Virus record (IMG/VR): IMGVR_UViG_3300033074_001909
Coordinates: 42,333 to 106,332 of that record
Direction: 5' to 3' (one strand)
Length of the DNA: 64,000 nucleotides
Source of the DNA: a virus
Taxonomy: Duplodnaviria > Caudoviricetes
This document shows, in pieces, positions 49,207-58,082 of this stretch. The notes below the pieces were generated by a model, which was not told the origin of the DNA, made no database searches, and saw only the letters and a program-made list of their open reading frames with translations. Numbering within the stretch: the stretch's first letter is position 1; each line of letters opens with the position of its first letter. The position numbers and the translations under genes are program-made.

Positions 49207-49931
49207 TTCGCACTGCTCGCCACACGGCCGCAGACCTGGCATTGTGGGAGTCGCTCGAGGACGCCGACATTCTGAGGCAGGACGTGGCCGCCTATCGCGC
49301 ACGGTACGCTGAGGCGCTGCACGCGATCGCCGCGTTTACATCCGCAGGCGAGTGCTACGCCGGCATCAGTTGGGGGAAGGACTCTACCGTGCTGGCTCAT
49401 CTGATCCAGTGCGTCGCGCCTGACACGCCACTAGCCTGGACGCGAGTAGAACCGATCGCCAATCCAGACTGTGTGCTCGTGCGAGATGCGTTCCTGCGAT
49501 TGCATCCGCACGCGAACTATCACGAGATCACGGAGTGGTGTGAGTGGCGCGATGGAGAGTGGCACGCCACTGGCACGCTCGAAAGCGGCATCGCCAAGTG
49601 CCGAGAACGATGGGGAGAGCGGACGATACTCGGTATTCGAGCCGAGGAGAGCACCCAGCGTGGGTTCCGCATTTGGCGCCACGGACTATCGACGGATCGG
49701 TCGTGTGATCCACTGGGACGCTGGCGCATCGAGGACGTGATGACCTGCCTGGCAATCGAGGGACTGCCGGTGCATCCGGCTTACGCCATGCTGGGAGGCG
49801 GGCGCTGGCCGCGAGAGCAACTGCGGGTCTCGTCGCTCGGCGGTCGTCGCGGCGATGGCCTCGGGCGAGCAGAGTGGGAGCGCGAGTATTACGGCGATGT
49901 GGTGCGACGGCTGGCCATGACGGACACCTGA
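49200..49931 (+). CDS. PAPS-reductase (CysH)-like protein of the type IV-B system
   Basis: PP-loop 'SWGKDS', 'GIRAEES..R', 'PLGRW...DV', 'LPVHPAY'. Confidence 0.85.
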   Translation: MLIRTARHTAADLALWESLEDADILRQDVAAYRARYAEALHAIAAFTSAGECYAGISWGKDSTVLAHLIQCVAPDTPLAWTRVEPIANPDCVLVRDAFLRLHPHANYHEITEWCEWRDGEWHATGTLESGIAKCRERWGERTILGIRAEESTQRGFRIWRHGLSTDRSCDPLGRWRIEDVMTCLAIEGLPVHPAYAMLGGGRWPREQLRVSSLGGRRGDGLGRAEWEREYYGDVVRRLAMTDT

Positions 49932-49936
49932 ACGTA

Positions 49937-50161
49937 TTAATTGCGGCGATACTGCGTGGATTCGCGCGACGCTTCCACCAGGTCGATCAGGTGATTGACC
50001 AGTTCGGTGAGCATCTCATTCCGCCGCAAATCCGCAATCCGCTCCATGCGTTTATCGGCCGGCAAGGCCAGCAGCCCGTCCAGGCAGGACTGGCAGAGCG
50101 GAATCGGCGAGGCCGACGGAGCCAGTTCACACAGACACGATTGGCAGAGGTGACTTAGCAT
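49937..50161 (-). CDS. Small zinc-finger protein
   Basis: Two CxxC pairs followed by a helix; divergent from the late promoter. Confidence 0.45.
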   Translation of the reverse strand: MLSHLCQSCLCELAPSASPIPLCQSCLDGLLALPADKRMERIADLRRNEMLTELVNHLIDLVEASRESTQYRRN

Positions 50162-50181
50162 GGATTTGCGTCGGCGGTGTC

Positions 50182-50278
50182 TTGACGAAATTTCGCCGTT
50201 ATTCTAAATAACATACTCGCGACCAGAAATTGCGGTACTTCGAACAGAAGCCCGTCGGGAAACCGGCGGGCTTTTTTT
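50182..50278 (+). promoter_or_regulatory. Promoter + conserved motif + terminator (paralog of 5894-5984)
   Basis: TTGACG-17 nt-TAAATA; GGTACTTCGAACAGA; GCCCGTCGG-GAAA-CCGGCGGGC then T7. Confidence 0.75.
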
Positions 50279-50300
50279 GTTTCTTGAGGGAGTATTGGTT

Positions 50301-50576
50301 ATGGCTGACCCGGTAGTTCGAGACGGATTCGAAATCTCCGGCTCCACCGCGCGGCGCAACCAGCAATCCAACGCTCCCGTCGGATTTGAATATTACGACA
50401 CGACCGTCCGCAAGCTGTTCGTGATGGGCCCGCGCGGCTGGGAGCACGTCGGAACCGAAGAGGAGCAGTCCAGTAGTTCCTCCTCGTCGTCGTCCTCGTC
50501 GTCGCTGTCCAGCCAATCCAGTAGCTCCCTCAGTTCGCAGAGTTCTTCTTCGAGTAGCTCGAGTTCCCAAAGCTAA
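50301..50576 (+). CDS. Small protein with poly-Ser tail (paralog 1)
   Basis: VVRDGFEISGSTARRN..APVG..YYDT domain followed by a Ser tract. Confidence 0.7.
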   Translation: MADPVVRDGFEISGSTARRNQQSNAPVGFEYYDTTVRKLFVMGPRGWEHVGTEEEQSSSSSSSSSSSSLSSQSSSSLSSQSSSSSSSSSQS

Positions 50577-50590
50577 GGCACGGTTGACCC

Positions 50591-50791
50591 ATGGTAGTTC
50601 GAGACGGATTCGAAATCTCCGGCTCCACCGCGCGGCGCAACCTAATGTCCAACGCGCCGGTCGGACACCGGTATTACGACACCGACCACCGGCACCTGTA
50701 CGTGATGGGACCAGCCGGTTGGGAACGCGTCGCCGAGGAAGAGCAGTCGAGTTCCAGCAGTTCCAGTTCGTCCAGCAGTTCGTCGAGTTGA
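50591..50791 (+). CDS. Small protein with poly-Ser tail (paralog 2)
   Basis: Tandem duplicate; 50 bp identical at the 5' end (50312-50361 vs 50593-50642). Confidence 0.7.
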   Translation: MVVRDGFEISGSTARRNLMSNAPVGHRYYDTDHRHLYVMGPAGWERVAEEEQSSSSSSSSSSSSSS

Positions 50792-50801
50792 TTTTAGCTG
50801 C

Positions 50802-52511
50802 ATGAACACCGTCACGCCAATGCGACCGAAGCGCACGCGGGGGAACCCCACCGAGGACGGCGAGTTCGTGGTCTTCGAGCACGTGCCGATCTTCGATGAG
50901 CACGAGGGTGATGACGGCGTGGTGTACGACGAACGGCTGCTGCGGGCCATTGCCGACAACTGCAACCGCCGCATCCAGACCACCGGCGACTGGTGCCCGG
51001 CCGTGGTAGCGCACACCCGCGACCGCGAGGACAAGGCCACCGTCGATGACGATCCCCAGGTGATCGGGCTGTGCGGTCCGTTCTACGTGGCGGACTTCAC
51101 GAATGGCGATGGACGGCAGGTTAAAGCGATTCACTGCCACTTTTGGATCTTCCCCGAGGAAGAGAAGACCTTCCTGCGAAACCCGCGCCGCAGCGTGGAA
51201 ATCTGGCCCGAGGAGCGTCCGGAAGACCGGTATTTCGATCCCATCGCCTTGCTGGGCGCGGAAACGCCCAAGCGCGACCTGGGCATGATCTACAGCCGCC
51301 GGCGACCGGGCCGCGAGCCATCTCGGCGGTGCATGGCGGGGCCGCTGCGATACGCGAAGCGTTCGACGAAGCCGCTGCGGTACGAGGAAGGCGGCGGGGT
51401 CGCCAGCACCCCGGGCGGGAACAATACGTTCATTCCGGGGGCCGTCGAGATCCCCAAGAAGAAGAAACCACTTCAGCACGCGAAAGGATCATCGCCCATG
51501 GCGCTATCACCGGATGATATCAGCCAAATCGTCGAAGCCCTGCGGCCGACGATTGAATCGATTGTCGATGAGCGGATGGGGCCGGCGGACCTGGGCAATG
51601 ACGCCGATCTTGGCGCAGCCCCCGACTTGGGTGGCGCTCCGGACATGGGTGGCGCGGATCTGGGTGGTGCCCCGGGCGGCGACATGGACGACGTGCCGAA
51701 CTACGACGACATGGACGAGGAGTCGAAGCTCTACAGCCGCGGACTGGGCCGCAAATACATGCGGTACAAGAAGGACGAGGGCTGGGATGAGGACGGCGAG
51801 TCGTCGTTCATGGCCACGCTCGACGACGACGACAAGGGGAAACTCGGGTCGTACATGAAGTACATGTGCGACGACGATGACTCGAAGAAGCGGTATGCCG
51901 AGCGGTATGCCAAGAGCCCCATCGGCGGCACGGACCTCACCGAGTCGGGCCCGATGGCCACCGGCGAAATGAAAGACGGCGAGCCCACGCGTTACGGGAA
52001 GGGGATGCCCATGAATTACCAGAAGTTGCGTCAGGAACGCGACGAAGCCGCGGCCAAGTATTCCAAACTGAACCGCGAGCACCAGGAACTGAAGCAGAAG
52101 TACGCCAAGCAGGAAGGCGAACTGGCGACCGTCCGCCAGAAGGAACGCTATTCCCGCCGGCTGTCGCAACTCAAGGATCTCGAGCCGGAGTACGCGTTCG
52201 ACGCCGAAGAGGAAATGTCCCTCACCGAGGATTTTTCCGACGACCAGTTCACGCGGCACCTGGATGTGATCAAGACGCGGTACGCCAAGGTTAGCGGCCA
52301 GACGATGCCCACCGAGCGGGAGCGGCCCTTACCATCGCCCGCCCAGGAAAAGCAGCAGCGGTACGCCAAGCAGGCCACGGATCTGGTGCAGCGCTACCGC
52401 AAGGCAGGCCGCAGCATTGATTACGGCAAGCTGCTGGATCACCTGATCGAGAATCACGGCCAGGTGAACGAAGACAAACTGTTCCAGTCCAACGGCCACG
52501 CGGCCGCCTGA
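50802..52511 (+). CDS. Prohead protease/scaffold protein
   Basis: Upstream of decoration and capsid genes; 'VVAH', 'RRSVE', 'IALLGAETP' (Mu-type protease pattern); acidic and coiled-coil C-terminus. Confidence 0.7.
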   Translation: MNTVTPMRPKRTRGNPTEDGEFVVFEHVPIFDEHEGDDGVVYDERLLRAIADNCNRRIQTTGDWCPAVVAHTRDREDKATVDDDPQVIGLCGPFYVADFTNGDGRQVKAIHCHFWIFPEEEKTFLRNPRRSVEIWPEERPEDRYFDPIALLGAETPKRDLGMIYSRRRPGREPSRRCMAGPLRYAKRSTKPLRYEEGGGVASTPGGNNTFIPGAVEIPKKKKPLQHAKGSSPMALSPDDISQIVEALRPTIESIVDERMGPADLGNDADLGAAPDLGGAPDMGGADLGGAPGGDMDDVPNYDDMDEESKLYSRGLGRKYMRYKKDEGWDEDGESSFMATLDDDDKGKLGSYMKYMCDDDDSKKRYAERYAKSPIGGTDLTESGPMATGEMKDGEPTRYGKGMPMNYQKLRQERDEAAAKYSKLNREHQELKQKYAKQEGELATVRQKERYSRRLSQLKDLEPEYAFDAEEEMSLTEDFSDDQFTRHLDVIKTRYAKVSGQTMPTERERPLPSPAQEKQQRYAKQATDLVQRYRKAGRSIDYGKLLDHLIENHGQVNEDKLFQSNGHAAA

Positions 52512-52565
52512 AAGGAATGACCACCGCCGTGAGGCGGAGTTAGTCCCCACAACCGACGTTTTCAC

Positions 52566-52625
52566 GGCACTCTGACATAGAGCCCGGCGCATTCCCACCA
52601 CGGGGGTGTTAGCCGGGCTTTTTTT
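52566..52625 (+). terminator. Conserved motif + intrinsic terminator ahead of the capsid genes
   Basis: GGCACTCTGACATAGA, then GCCCGGC...GCCGGGC and T7. Confidence 0.65.
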
Positions 52626-52653
52626 GTTGGACCAAGCAAGAGGAGTAAGGCAC

Positions 52654-53043
52654 ATGGATGGTCCCACGGTGCGAGCCAGCGGGAATATCAACCCTGCCCG
52701 TTTCGTCACGATCGACGGGGTGTTTTCGGTCGCGGAAAGCAACTCGGGCGACACGAAGTTGCTCGGGATCACCAACGAGAACACGCGCAACGCGCCTGAC
52801 GCAAATGGCTCGAGCTACCACGCCATCGCGGGCGAGGCGCCGACGCTCCGCCGGCCTGGGCAGTTCTGCAAGCTCAAGATCGGCTCGGGCGGCTGCACCG
52901 CCGGCGACTTCCTCAAGCCGGATAACTCGGGCCAGGGCGTGACGGCCACCACCGGCGCCGTCGCCGGAGCACAGGCCATGGAAACCGCTTCGGAAGGCGA
53001 GTTGGCGGAAGTGCAAGTCCTGTTTCCGACCTACGTGGCGTAA
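52654..53043 (+). CDS. Head decoration/cement protein
   Basis: About 129 aa, G/A-rich, 'ASGNINPARFV', 'AGDFLKPD..GQGV'; directly before the capsid gene. Confidence 0.7.
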   Translation: MDGPTVRASGNINPARFVTIDGVFSVAESNSGDTKLLGITNENTRNAPDANGSSYHAIAGEAPTLRRPGQFCKLKIGSGGCTAGDFLKPDNSGQGVTATTGAVAGAQAMETASEGELAEVQVLFPTYVA

Positions 53044-53114
53044 GTCGCACAGCGTTGTGTGCCCTTCGGTGTAACGGGGCACGAAGTGTTCACAACCATA
53101 ACGGAGTATGAGAC

Positions 53115-54155
53115 GTGCCTACATCAACACCTGCCGATCGTACCACCTACATCCCGGATCATGCCGCCAGCGGCAAGCTGGTGGTGGATTTCAGCCGGAA
53201 CCCCAAGGACTTCAAACTGGCGGAATATTGCCAGTACATCCCCACGAAGAAGACCGAAGGGCGCTACGTCAAGATGACGGTCGAGCAAGCCGGCCGCATC
53301 CGCAACACCAACCTGGCCGACTTCCTGTGGCCGGACAGCGCGGACGCTCCGAAGGGCTTCGGTAACCTGGAGACGTTCAGTTGGGAATCGTACGTCGCCA
53401 AGCGGTACGCGTTTCCCTTCACGGTCGGCGAACTGGGTGTCGAGCAGGCCTCGTGGGACGTGCTGGCCAAGCATGCTCGGGACATGGCGCAGCTCGCCAT
53501 CACGGCTCGCACGCAGGCCGTGATCACGCTGGCGACCACCTCGGGCAACTACGACGCAGCCCATACGTCGGCTGTCTCGTCGATTTCGGGCGTGACCGGC
53601 AAGTGGGACGTGTCGACGACAGCGCGCATGGATATCAAGCGGAGTTTTGACTACGCCGCTGAAACGATCCTCAAGGCCACGTTGGGCAAGGTCCGCGCGG
53701 ATCAACTGATGGTGGTTATGTCGCCGGGCTGCGCGAAGAAGATCGCGACCAGCCAGGAAATGATCGACTACATCAAGCAGTCGCCGGCCGCCAAGGAACT
53801 GCTGACCAACACGCTGTCGAGCGCCAACCGCTTCGGCATGCCGGAAATGTTTCACGGTTACAAGATCGTGATCGAGGACGCCGTGAAGGTGACCACCAAA
53901 AAGGGCGCCACCACGACTAAGTCCTACGTGCTGGGCGATGCGACGCCGTTCATGTGCTCGCGGGTGGGTGAACTTGAAGGCGTGGAAAACTCGCCGTCGT
54001 TCTCGTCCTTCAGTGTGTTCCTGAAGGAGGAAATGACGGTCGAGAGCAAGCACGACCGCGACAACCGCCGCCACGAGGGGCGGGTCGTGGATCATTACGC
54101 CGAGACTTTTACGGCGCCTTCCAGCGCGTTTTTGTTCACGGCCGCGGTCGACTAA
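53115..54155 (+). CDS. Major capsid protein
   Basis: 346 aa, position in head module, strongly biased codons, RBS GGAG. Confidence 0.75.
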   Translation: MPTSTPADRTTYIPDHAASGKLVVDFSRNPKDFKLAEYCQYIPTKKTEGRYVKMTVEQAGRIRNTNLADFLWPDSADAPKGFGNLETFSWESYVAKRYAFPFTVGELGVEQASWDVLAKHARDMAQLAITARTQAVITLATTSGNYDAAHTSAVSSISGVTGKWDVSTTARMDIKRSFDYAAETILKATLGKVRADQLMVVMSPGCAKKIATSQEMIDYIKQSPAAKELLTNTLSSANRFGMPEMFHGYKIVIEDAVKVTTKKGATTTKSYVLGDATPFMCSRVGELEGVENSPSFSSFSVFLKEEMTVESKHDRDNRRHEGRVVDHYAETFTAPSSAFLFTAAVD

Positions 54156-54178
54156 CTCGGGTAAGGGGGAGTGGTCCC

Positions 54179-54688
54179 ATGGCCGCATTTGCCACGCCCG
54201 CCGACATGATGAACCGCTACGACGTGCGCACGTTGGGCGACATCTGCGGCGACGAGGACGTGCCCATCTCCAGGGACAAGCTCCCCACGAACCCCAAGTT
54301 GACGACGGCGCTGGCGTCCGCGTCCGGGAGGATCCTGGCCGCGGCGCTGCGGGCCGGTCGGTACACCGAAACCGACCTGCAGAACCTGACCGGAGAATCC
54401 AAGGCCTACCTCGCGGATCTCACCTGCCGTTACGCGTTTTGGCTGCTGTGGCAACGCAAGCCCTACGCCGACGAGCAACAACGCAAGGAGATCAAAGAGG
54501 CGGCCAACGAGGCCTTGGAAGAAATCCGCAACGGCGATGAATGCTTCAACGTGGCGGCGGTGATCGAGGCGGGACATCCCACCGTCGAGACCGTCACCCG
54601 CATGGAAATTGAACGGGACTGGGATCTGGTGGTGGATCAGGCGCGCGGGCGTCATTACCCGCGCCGCCGATCTTACCGGCAGCAATAA
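54179..54688 (+). CDS. Head-tail adaptor (DUF1320/Mu gp36-like)
   Basis: 'FATPADM..RY', 'ALASASG.I', 'GRY', 'ALEEIRNG'. Confidence 0.7.
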   Translation: MAAFATPADMMNRYDVRTLGDICGDEDVPISRDKLPTNPKLTTALASASGRILAAALRAGRYTETDLQNLTGESKAYLADLTCRYAFWLLWQRKPYADEQQRKEIKEAANEALEEIRNGDECFNVAAVIEAGHPTVETVTRMEIERDWDLVVDQARGRHYPRRRSYRQQ

Positions 54689-54701
54689 GGGAGTGTAAAC
54701 C

Positions 54702-55178
54702 GTGCCGCTATTGCATCGTGTCGCCGGCCCCGTGATCGTCACCTACAACAGCGTCCAGCTCGGCTATTCGACGGATGGCGTCAACATCCGCATCGAGCCG
54801 CGGTACGTCGATATCTTCTCCGACGACTACGGTGGCCGCGGCGGCGCGCCGGCCGATTCGCAGCTTTTGGGGGCCATCGCCTACGTCCAGGCCGACCTGC
54901 CCAAGTACGATCAGACAGAAGCCCACAAACTGACGGCCTTCGAGAAGTCGGGCGTGGCGGGCGTCTTGCCGCAACTCGGCACGCTCATCCGGCAGGAAAC
55001 CGAGTACGCGGTGTTATTGCTCGACGGCAAGAACGAGGACTGGACGTTCCCCGTGGCGTTCATCCGCCAGCCGATCGAAGTGAATAAGGGCACCAAGTTC
55101 TCGACGCTGGTGCTGGGCTTCGAGTGCTGGATCAGCGACGCTTCGGCGCGGCAGTTGTTCACGCATGCGGTTCCGTAA
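54702..55178 (+). CDS. Putative tail tube protein
   Basis: 'LGYSTDGVNI' motif; position. Confidence 0.55.
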   Translation: MPLLHRVAGPVIVTYNSVQLGYSTDGVNIRIEPRYVDIFSDDYGGRGGAPADSQLLGAIAYVQADLPKYDQTEAHKLTAFEKSGVAGVLPQLGTLIRQETEYAVLLLDGKNEDWTFPVAFIRQPIEVNKGTKFSTLVLGFECWISDASARQLFTHAVP

Positions 55179-55193
55179 CGGAAGGAATGATCC

Positions 55194-55505
55194 ATGGCGT
55201 ACGTGATGCACGAGGATTTGACCTGCCTGGCCCAAGCGGGCGGTTTCAACGCCGGTCATTTCCAGATCGAGCGGTACGAGTTTCTATTCGAGGGGCCGGA
55301 AAAGGCCCTCAAGCAGTCGGTCCGGTCCGCCGTCCGCGAAGCAATGGAAGCTCGCGAGAAGCGGGGCGTCCAGGGCGGCCGGCTGCATGTCGAGCTCGAT
55401 TCCGAGCGACCGGGCGCGGGGCGGGTGGTCGACCATGTCCCTCGCTGGAGCACGCCAGACGCCAAGGTCCATAAACTCGCTGGCGAGGAAAAGGCGGGTA
55501 AGTAA
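55194..55505 (+). CDS. Hypothetical protein
   Basis: RBS AAGGA; operon position. Confidence 0.5.
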   Translation: MAYVMHEDLTCLAQAGGFNAGHFQIERYEFLFEGPEKALKQSVRSAVREAMEAREKRGVQGGRLHVELDSERPGAGRVVDHVPRWSTPDAKVHKLAGEEKAGK

Positions 55506-55507
55506 TC

Positions 55508-56106
55508 GTGTTTTCGTGGCTGTGGCGACGGCGAGATATTTTCCGCTACTGGGACGGGCGCCGGGAGCGGGCCATCGATCCACTCGTGGCCTGGGCCCGC
55601 ATGTGGGAGGATCCCCAGTGCGATCCCCAGCGAGACTTCGGGCCAGCTACCGGCATGTCGGGCGAAGGGCTGCCGGTGGATTTCGATCCTGCGGCGCGGG
55701 ACCGCGTGCTGGCCATGGCGCGGCGGATGTTCGACGTGCAGGAGTTCAGCGAGTCGACGCCCGGACTGACGATCGACGAAACGTTCTCGCTCTTGTGGAC
55801 GTTCATCGGCTTTATGAACGCCATCAAAAAAAAACGCGCTCCCTTGCCGACGATGTCGCCACCTACACCATCGCCTACCTCGGAAGGCTCGACCACGAGA
55901 CCCGCGTCGGACTCCACCTCCACCGGGACCGAGTCGACAAACGGCGAGCCCTCGTCGTCCTCGAAGCGCTCTATTCGGCTCTGAGTCCGGTGCCCAGCAA
56001 GGCCCTGTTTGAGGCTGCGGCGCCGTCCGACGATGAGGGATCCGCCCGCTACGCCCTCGAACAGGCGCGTCATCAGCGCGACATGATGTTTACGGGGAGG
56101 CCCTGA
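55508..56106 (+). CDS. Tail assembly chaperone pair with -1 frameshift (0-frame ends 55984; shifted product ends 56106)
   Basis: A9 run at 55826-55834; -1 frame open to 56106, abutting the next gene. Confidence 0.7.
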
Positions 56107-58082
56107 TGGCGAAGAACCGGCCCCCCCGTGTCGTGCAGTTCGTGACGTCGCAGGGCAGCGTCTACGACGTCGACGAACAAGGCCGCACGACGCGCACCAA
56201 GTCGCCGCATGCCGGCCACGACCGCGATGACGTGGGACGCAAGGAGCGGTCCGATCAGACGTACTTCGTCTCGCAGGACGATGCCCAGCGGGTCGGCATG
56301 CACAACTCGCTGAACCGCGAGGCCCGCCCCCGCTTGCTCGTCCGCGGGAACGAATTGCTGCTGGTCTCCTGGAATGCCAAAGAGGGCCGCTGGGGCACGC
56401 ACGGGTCGCCAATTCCCCTGTCGCAGGTGCCGGAAGTCGGCCGCGCGCCGCTCGAGTTATGGAACGTCGCCCCCTACGTACTGGCGCCCAACGGCATTGA
56501 CGGACTTTCTCCGAGCAAAAGCCATCCGGGCAGTCCGATCACGGAGCTCCGCCACGCGCGCGAATCGCAGGTAGCGCCCCCGCTGCCGACACCGCCGTCG
56601 GATGTGCCCACCGCGCCGGTCGCCACGCCGCCCATGAGCGAAGGACGGCCGCCGATCGAGCCGCCGGTGACGCCGCCGCCCAGTTCCCGTCCGCCCCGCA
56701 GCGACGCCCGGCCCCCCGCCTGGGGTGACCTGGCACCCTTGCTGGCCAATCTGCTGCAACCGAGCGCCACGCCGTTCGCGGGCCAGTCGGAACCGCTCAA
56801 TCTGCGGTCGATCCTGACGACGGTGGCCGGCCAGTCGGCAGCGCCGCCCACGCGTCCCCGTACGGGCCTGGACAGCGTCCAGACAATGCTCGACGTGGCC
56901 GGGGTGTTTGATCCGACGCCGCTGGTGGATTCGATCAACGCCGCGATTTCGCTGGGTCGCGCGGCACGCAGCCGCAATCCAATCGAGCGGCGCGAGCACT
57001 TTACGGATGCCGCCATCAGTGCCGTGGCGGGCGGGCTGCCGTACTGGGGCGATAGCGCCAAGATTCCGCGGTTCTTGCGGGCCGCGAGCCACTCGGCCGG
57101 CCAGGCGGCCCGGGATTTCAAGACCAGTCGCTTGGCAACGCCCGTGAGTGGCAGCCCGCCGCTGCCGCCCCGTGGGGGCGGCACTCCGCCGCCCGTACCA
57201 CCACCGCCCCCGGGCTCACCGGGCGTCCCACCGCCGCCCGGCGGTGGCTTGCCACCCATGCCACCACCTGGCAGCGTACCACCGGGAGCGCCGCTGCCGC
57301 CCCCGGGTGGCACTCCGCCACCGGGATCACCGCCACCGCCCCCGGGCTCACCGGGAGGCCCACCGCCGGGTGGGTTTGGTGGCGGAGGGGGATGGCGAGC
57401 GGCAGCGCCGTTTCTGATCGGGATGGCGGCGGGCGGACTGGCGGGGATGCTGCCCGGGACGCCTCCGCAGCTACCGCCTCGCCGCTATGATTTGCCGGAC
57501 CTCGTGACGAATCCCGCGCAGCGCGGCATCGCGCACGACATGGGACGTATGGCCCGCCGGCAATTGCTGGGCTTCGGGGGCGTGCTGGCCAATCCCATTA
57601 ACCCGCTGGCCTGGGGTAATCTGGCCAAAGCCACTTTCGATAACATCCGCGAGTTACCGGCGGCCTTGTTGAATTGGGCGGAGGCCCTTAAGAGTTCACA
57701 AGAGCGGTTGCGGATGTTCAATGGTCAGTTGGCCAATACCTTCATGGAGTCGGAATGGCGCGAGATGATGCGCGACTTCCGCTCCGCAGGCCGCACGGCC
57801 GGCACGACCACGAATCTCGTGAGGGCGCTGGATGAGTTCAAAGACGACCTGCAGCCGATGAAGGACGCGCTGACCAACCTGACCAATGCGCTAGTAACGG
57901 CTGGCGTGGAAGGCGCAAACGTCGTGTACAACCTGGCCATGATGGCAACGAGCCTCGACCAAGTGGTGGAGATTGCGAATATCCTGCTCGGAAAATACGA
58001 CAGCAGCGAGAAGCCGCCCGCGCTGGAAATGTGGGAGAGCATCAAGGACCGGCCGCCCGGAGGGAGGCGCCCCCGCACATGA
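56106..58082 (+). CDS. Protein at tape-measure position: Pro-rich, with PT-TG-like segment and helical C-terminus
   Basis: Follows the chaperone; 'LDVAGVFDPTPLVDSINAAISL..DAAISAV..LPYWGD'. Confidence 0.5.
   Translation: MAKNRPPRVVQFVTSQGSVYDVDEQGRTTRTKSPHAGHDRDDVGRKERSDQTYFVSQDDAQRVGMHNSLNREARPRLLVRGNELLLVSWNAKEGRWGTHGSPIPLSQVPEVGRAPLELWNVAPYVLAPNGIDGLSPSKSHPGSPITELRHARESQVAPPLPTPPSDVPTAPVATPPMSEGRPPIEPPVTPPPSSRPPRSDARPPAWGDLAPLLANLLQPSATPFAGQSEPLNLRSILTTVAGQSAAPPTRPRTGLDSVQTMLDVAGVFDPTPLVDSINAAISLGRAARSRNPIERREHFTDAAISAVAGGLPYWGDSAKIPRFLRAASHSAGQAARDFKTSRLATPVSGSPPLPPRGGGTPPPVPPPPPGSPGVPPPPGGGLPPMPPPGSVPPGAPLPPPGGTPPPGSPPPPPGSPGGPPPGGFGGGGGWRAAAPFLIGMAAGGLAGMLPGTPPQLPPRRYDLPDLVTNPAQRGIAHDMGRMARRQLLGFGGVLANPINPLAWGNLAKATFDNIRELPAALLNWAEALKSSQERLRMFNGQLANTFMESEWREMMRDFRSAGRTAGTTTNLVRALDEFKDDLQPMKDALTNLTNALVTAGVEGANVVYNLAMMATSLDQVVEIANILLGKYDSSEKPPALEMWESIKDRPPGGRRPRT

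Noticed and set aside
49200-49931. Sulfate-assimilation cysH auxiliary metabolic gene
   Set aside because: It is translationally coupled to csf3, so it is better explained as the type IV-B accessory protein.
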